The position numbers were made by a program, and so were the translations under genes. Of a stretch of DNA of 64,000 bases, positions 61,422 through 64,000 are shown one piece after another. The notes under the pieces were generated by a model. The model did not search any database, was not told the origin of the DNA, and saw nothing but the letters and a program-made list of their open reading frames with translations. Source of the stretch: Escherichia coli (lineage in GTDB: Bacteria; Pseudomonadota; Gammaproteobacteria; Enterobacterales; Enterobacteriaceae); the NCBI RefSeq assembly GCF_051903065.1, contig NZ_CP178438.1; one strand, given 5' to 3'. How positions within the stretch are numbered: the stretch's first letter is position 1; each line of letters opens with the position of its first letter.

Positions 61422-61550
61422 TTAAAAACATCCTTTCTTGCCATTAGCAGCATTGAGCATGTTATGGAATCTGTAATTTAGGATGCTGGTACTACCAGTA
61501 CTTTTTTTGTTTCATTTTGTGAATCACCTCATTTACGAGGGGAGCCTATC

Positions 61551-61901
61551 ATGCCACCACGAACACCAAAAGCCTGCCGTGTTCGCGGCTGCCGCTCTAC
61601 AACCACAGACCCTTCAGGCTACTGCGAAAGCCACAAAAGCGAAGGCTGGAAGCAATACAAAACTGGACAATCCCGTCATCAGCGCGGCTACGGTTCGAAG
61701 TGGGACAGTATCCGCGCGCGTGTCCTGAAGCGTGACAAAGGCCTGTGTCAGTTATGTCTGCGTGCTGGTGTGGTGCGTGAGGCGAAGACCGTTGACCACA
61801 TCATCCCTAAATCGCATGGCGGCACTGATGTCGACAGTAATCTGCAGAGTTTGTGCTGGCCGTGTCATAAGGCGAAGACGGCCCGTGAACGGCTGAAGTA
61901 A
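61551..61901 (+). CDS. Phage HNH endonuclease (terminase-associated)
   Basis: 116 aa; Cys-rich HNH motif (CQLC...VDHIIPKSHGGTDVDSNLQSLCWPCH). Confidence 0.85.
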   Translation: MPPRTPKACRVRGCRSTTTDPSGYCESHKSEGWKQYKTGQSRHQRGYGSKWDSIRARVLKRDKGLCQLCLRAGVVREAKTVDHIIPKSHGGTDVDSNLQSLCWPCHKAKTARERLK

Positions 61902-62017
61902 GAACCAGTTCCCACTGCCAGAGGGGAGGGGCGGGTCAAATCCCTGTGACCTGACGTCTTCCGGACTGCCCGCCCCATCGTTTTTTTATACCCGCGAAAA
62001 ATGAAATTTAACCAGGA

Positions 62018-62521
62018 GTGCCGCATATGGCTGGAACGGCGGGGCGTTCCGGGCGTCGCCCCAAGCCAACGGCGCGCAAGGCGCTGGCCGGAAACCCCGG
62101 CAAGCGAGCCCTGAACAAAGATGAACCTGTTTTTACGCCCATCAAAGGTGTTGAGCCACCGGAGTGGTTCGCTGAAGAGGATCTCCCTCTCGCCACGATC
62201 ATGTGGCAACTGACAACCAAAGAACTCTGCGGTCAGGGCCTGCTGTGCGTGACTGACCTAGCGGTACTTGAGCGGTGGTGCGTGGCCTATGAGTTCTGGC
62301 GACGTGCCGTGAAAAATATTGCCAAACAGGGCAACACCATCACCGGTGCAATGGGCGGTATGGTCAAAAATCCGGAGCTGACCGCCAAAAAAGAACAGGA
62401 GTCCGAGATGAGCAGTACGGGGGCAATGCTCGGACTCGACCCCAGCAGCCGCCAGCGTCTGATTGGCCTGGCGGGGAAGAAGAAAGCCACTAACCCGTTT
62501 CTGAAAATCATCGAATCATGA
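62018..62521 (+). CDS. Terminase small subunit (P27-family-like)
   Basis: 167-aa ORF directly upstream of the large subunit. Confidence 0.75.
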   Translation: MPHMAGTAGRSGRRPKPTARKALAGNPGKRALNKDEPVFTPIKGVEPPEWFAEEDLPLATIMWQLTTKELCGQGLLCVTDLAVLERWCVAYEFWRRAVKNIAKQGNTITGAMGGMVKNPELTAKKEQESEMSSTGAMLGLDPSSRQRLIGLAGKKKATNPFLKIIES

Positions 62522-64000
62522 GCCGGAAATCTTACCCCAACGTAAATGCTGCCAATCAGTATGCCCGGGATGTCGTGCGCGGAAAGATTGTGGCCTGCCA
62601 GTTTGTGATTCAGGCCTGCCAGCGCCATCTTGATGACCTGATGGCGGAAAAAAGTAAGTCGTTTCGTTACCGCTTCGACAAGGACCTGGCTGAACGGGCC
62701 GCCAAATTTATTCAGCTGTTGCCGCACACCAAGGGTGAGTGGGCATTCAAGAGGATGCCCATCACGCTGGAGCCGTGGCAGCTCTTTGTGATCTGCTGCG
62801 CGTTTGGCTGGGTCAATAAAGGCTCCCGGCTGCGCCGCTTCCGTGAGGTGTATACCGAAATCCCCCGTAAGAACGGCAAATCGGCAATCTCTGCCGGTGT
62901 CGCCCTGTATTGTTTTGCCTGTGATAACGAGTTTGGCGCGGAAGTGTATTCCGGTGCCACGACAGAGAAACAGGCGTGGGAAGTCTTTCGCCCGGCGCGA
63001 CTGATGTGTAAACGCACACCCATGCTGACGGAAGCGTTCGGGATTGAGGTTAACGCCTCAAACATGAACCGTCCGGAGGATGGCGCGCGGTTTGAACCGC
63101 TGATCGGTAACCCCGGTGATGGATCATCACCCCACTGTGCGGTGGTGGATGAATATCACGAGCACGCCACCGATGCGCTTTACACCACGATGCTTACCGG
63201 GATGGGGCGCGACGTCAGCCACTGATGTGGGCCATTACTACTGCCGGGTACAACATTGAGGGGCCGTGCTACGACAAGCGGCGGGAAGTCATCGAGATGC
63301 TCAACGGCTCGGTGCCCAACGATGAACTGTTCGGGATCATCTATACCGTTGATGAAGGTGACGACTGGACCGACCCGCAGGTGCTGGAAAAAGCCAATCC
63401 AAATATTGGCGTGTCGGTTTATCGCGAATTTTTGTTAAGTCAGCAGCAGCGTGCGAAAAATAACGCCCGTCTGGCAAACGTCTTTAAAACAAAACACCTC
63501 AATATCTGGGTGTCGGCGCGTTCGGCGTATTTCAACCTGGTGAGCTGGCAGAGCTGCGAGGATAAATCACTGACCCTTGAGCAGTTCGAGGGGCAGCCGT
63601 GCATTCTGGCCTTTGACCTGGCGCGTAAGCTGGATATGAACAGCATGGCGCGACTTTATACCCGCGAGATTGACGGTAAAACGCATTACTACAGTGTGGC
63701 CCCGCGTTTCTGGGTACCGTATGACACGGTGTACAGCGTCGAGAAAAATGAAGATCGACGGACAGCCGAACGCTTTCAGAAATGGGTGGAAATGGGCGTT
63801 CTGACCGTTACCGATGGTGCAGAGGTGGATTATCGCTACATCCTCGAAGAGGCCAAAGCGGCGAACAAAATCAGCCCGGTCAGTGAGTCACCCATCGACC
63901 CTTTCGGAGCGACCGGGCTCTCACATGACCTTGCTGATGAAGACCTGAACCCCATCACTATCATTCAGAACTACACCAACATGTCCGACCCGATGAAAGA
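62518..64000 (+). CDS. Terminase large subunit, disrupted by a 1-nt frameshift near 63204-63207, 3'-partial at window end
   Basis: Frame 1 carries Walker A (IPRKNGKS) and Walker B (AVVDEYHEH) and stops at 63225; frame 0 from 63153 continues terminase-like to the window end. Confidence 0.8.

Noticed and set aside
63256-63646. Small ORFs of 60-68 aa on both strands
   Set aside because: Inside the terminase large-subunit coding region in wrong frames.

Overview
This window reads as an Escherichia coli-type chromosome segment (gene content and order match the yafV-to-thrW backbone) and falls into three blocks. (1) 1-20.7 kb: a type VI secretion (T6SS) island. The structural genes run on the minus strand (tssH partial, tssL, tssK, tssJ, FHA/tagH, tssG, tssF, tssE, tssC, tssB). 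An AT-rich divergent control region carries an IS903 insertion with a 9-bp target duplication. The plus-strand arm holds hcp, vgrG and two cargo modules: vgrG + HExxH metallopeptidase-like protein + signal-peptide protein, then an orphan vgrG 3' remnant + DUF4123-like adaptor + lipoprotein (Tli-like) + DUF2235/GxSxG lipase (Tle1-like). (2) 20.7-44.9 kb: ISAs1-family remnants flanking two unknown AT-rich ORFs, then the conserved backbone yafV-ivy-fadE-gmhA-yafJ-yafK-yafQ/dinJ-yafL-rayT-lfhA'-lafU'-dinB-yafP-prfH'-pepD-gpt-frsA-crl-phoE-proB-proA-thrW, with REP clusters, LexA boxes and a Pho box. (3) 44.9-64 kb: a P22-like/lambdoid prophage integrated at thrW (int, xis, early-left genes, cI/cro immunity region, O-like replication gene with iterons, rusA, KilA-N, DUF968, Q, holin-R-Rz/Rz1, HNH, terminase small and large). 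The most interesting candidate for an undescribed system is a two-gene minus-strand cassette inserted between Q and the lysis genes: a homologue of the nucleoid-associated protein NdpA/YejK translationally coupled to a protein with two C-terminal transmembrane helices. Other points worth a second look: hcp lacks an ATG start, two prophage genes carry homopolymer frameshifts, a GC-rich structured non-coding block sits in the prophage left arm, and two more self-contained AT-rich morons are present. All calls rest on reading the translations and sequence directly; no database search was run.
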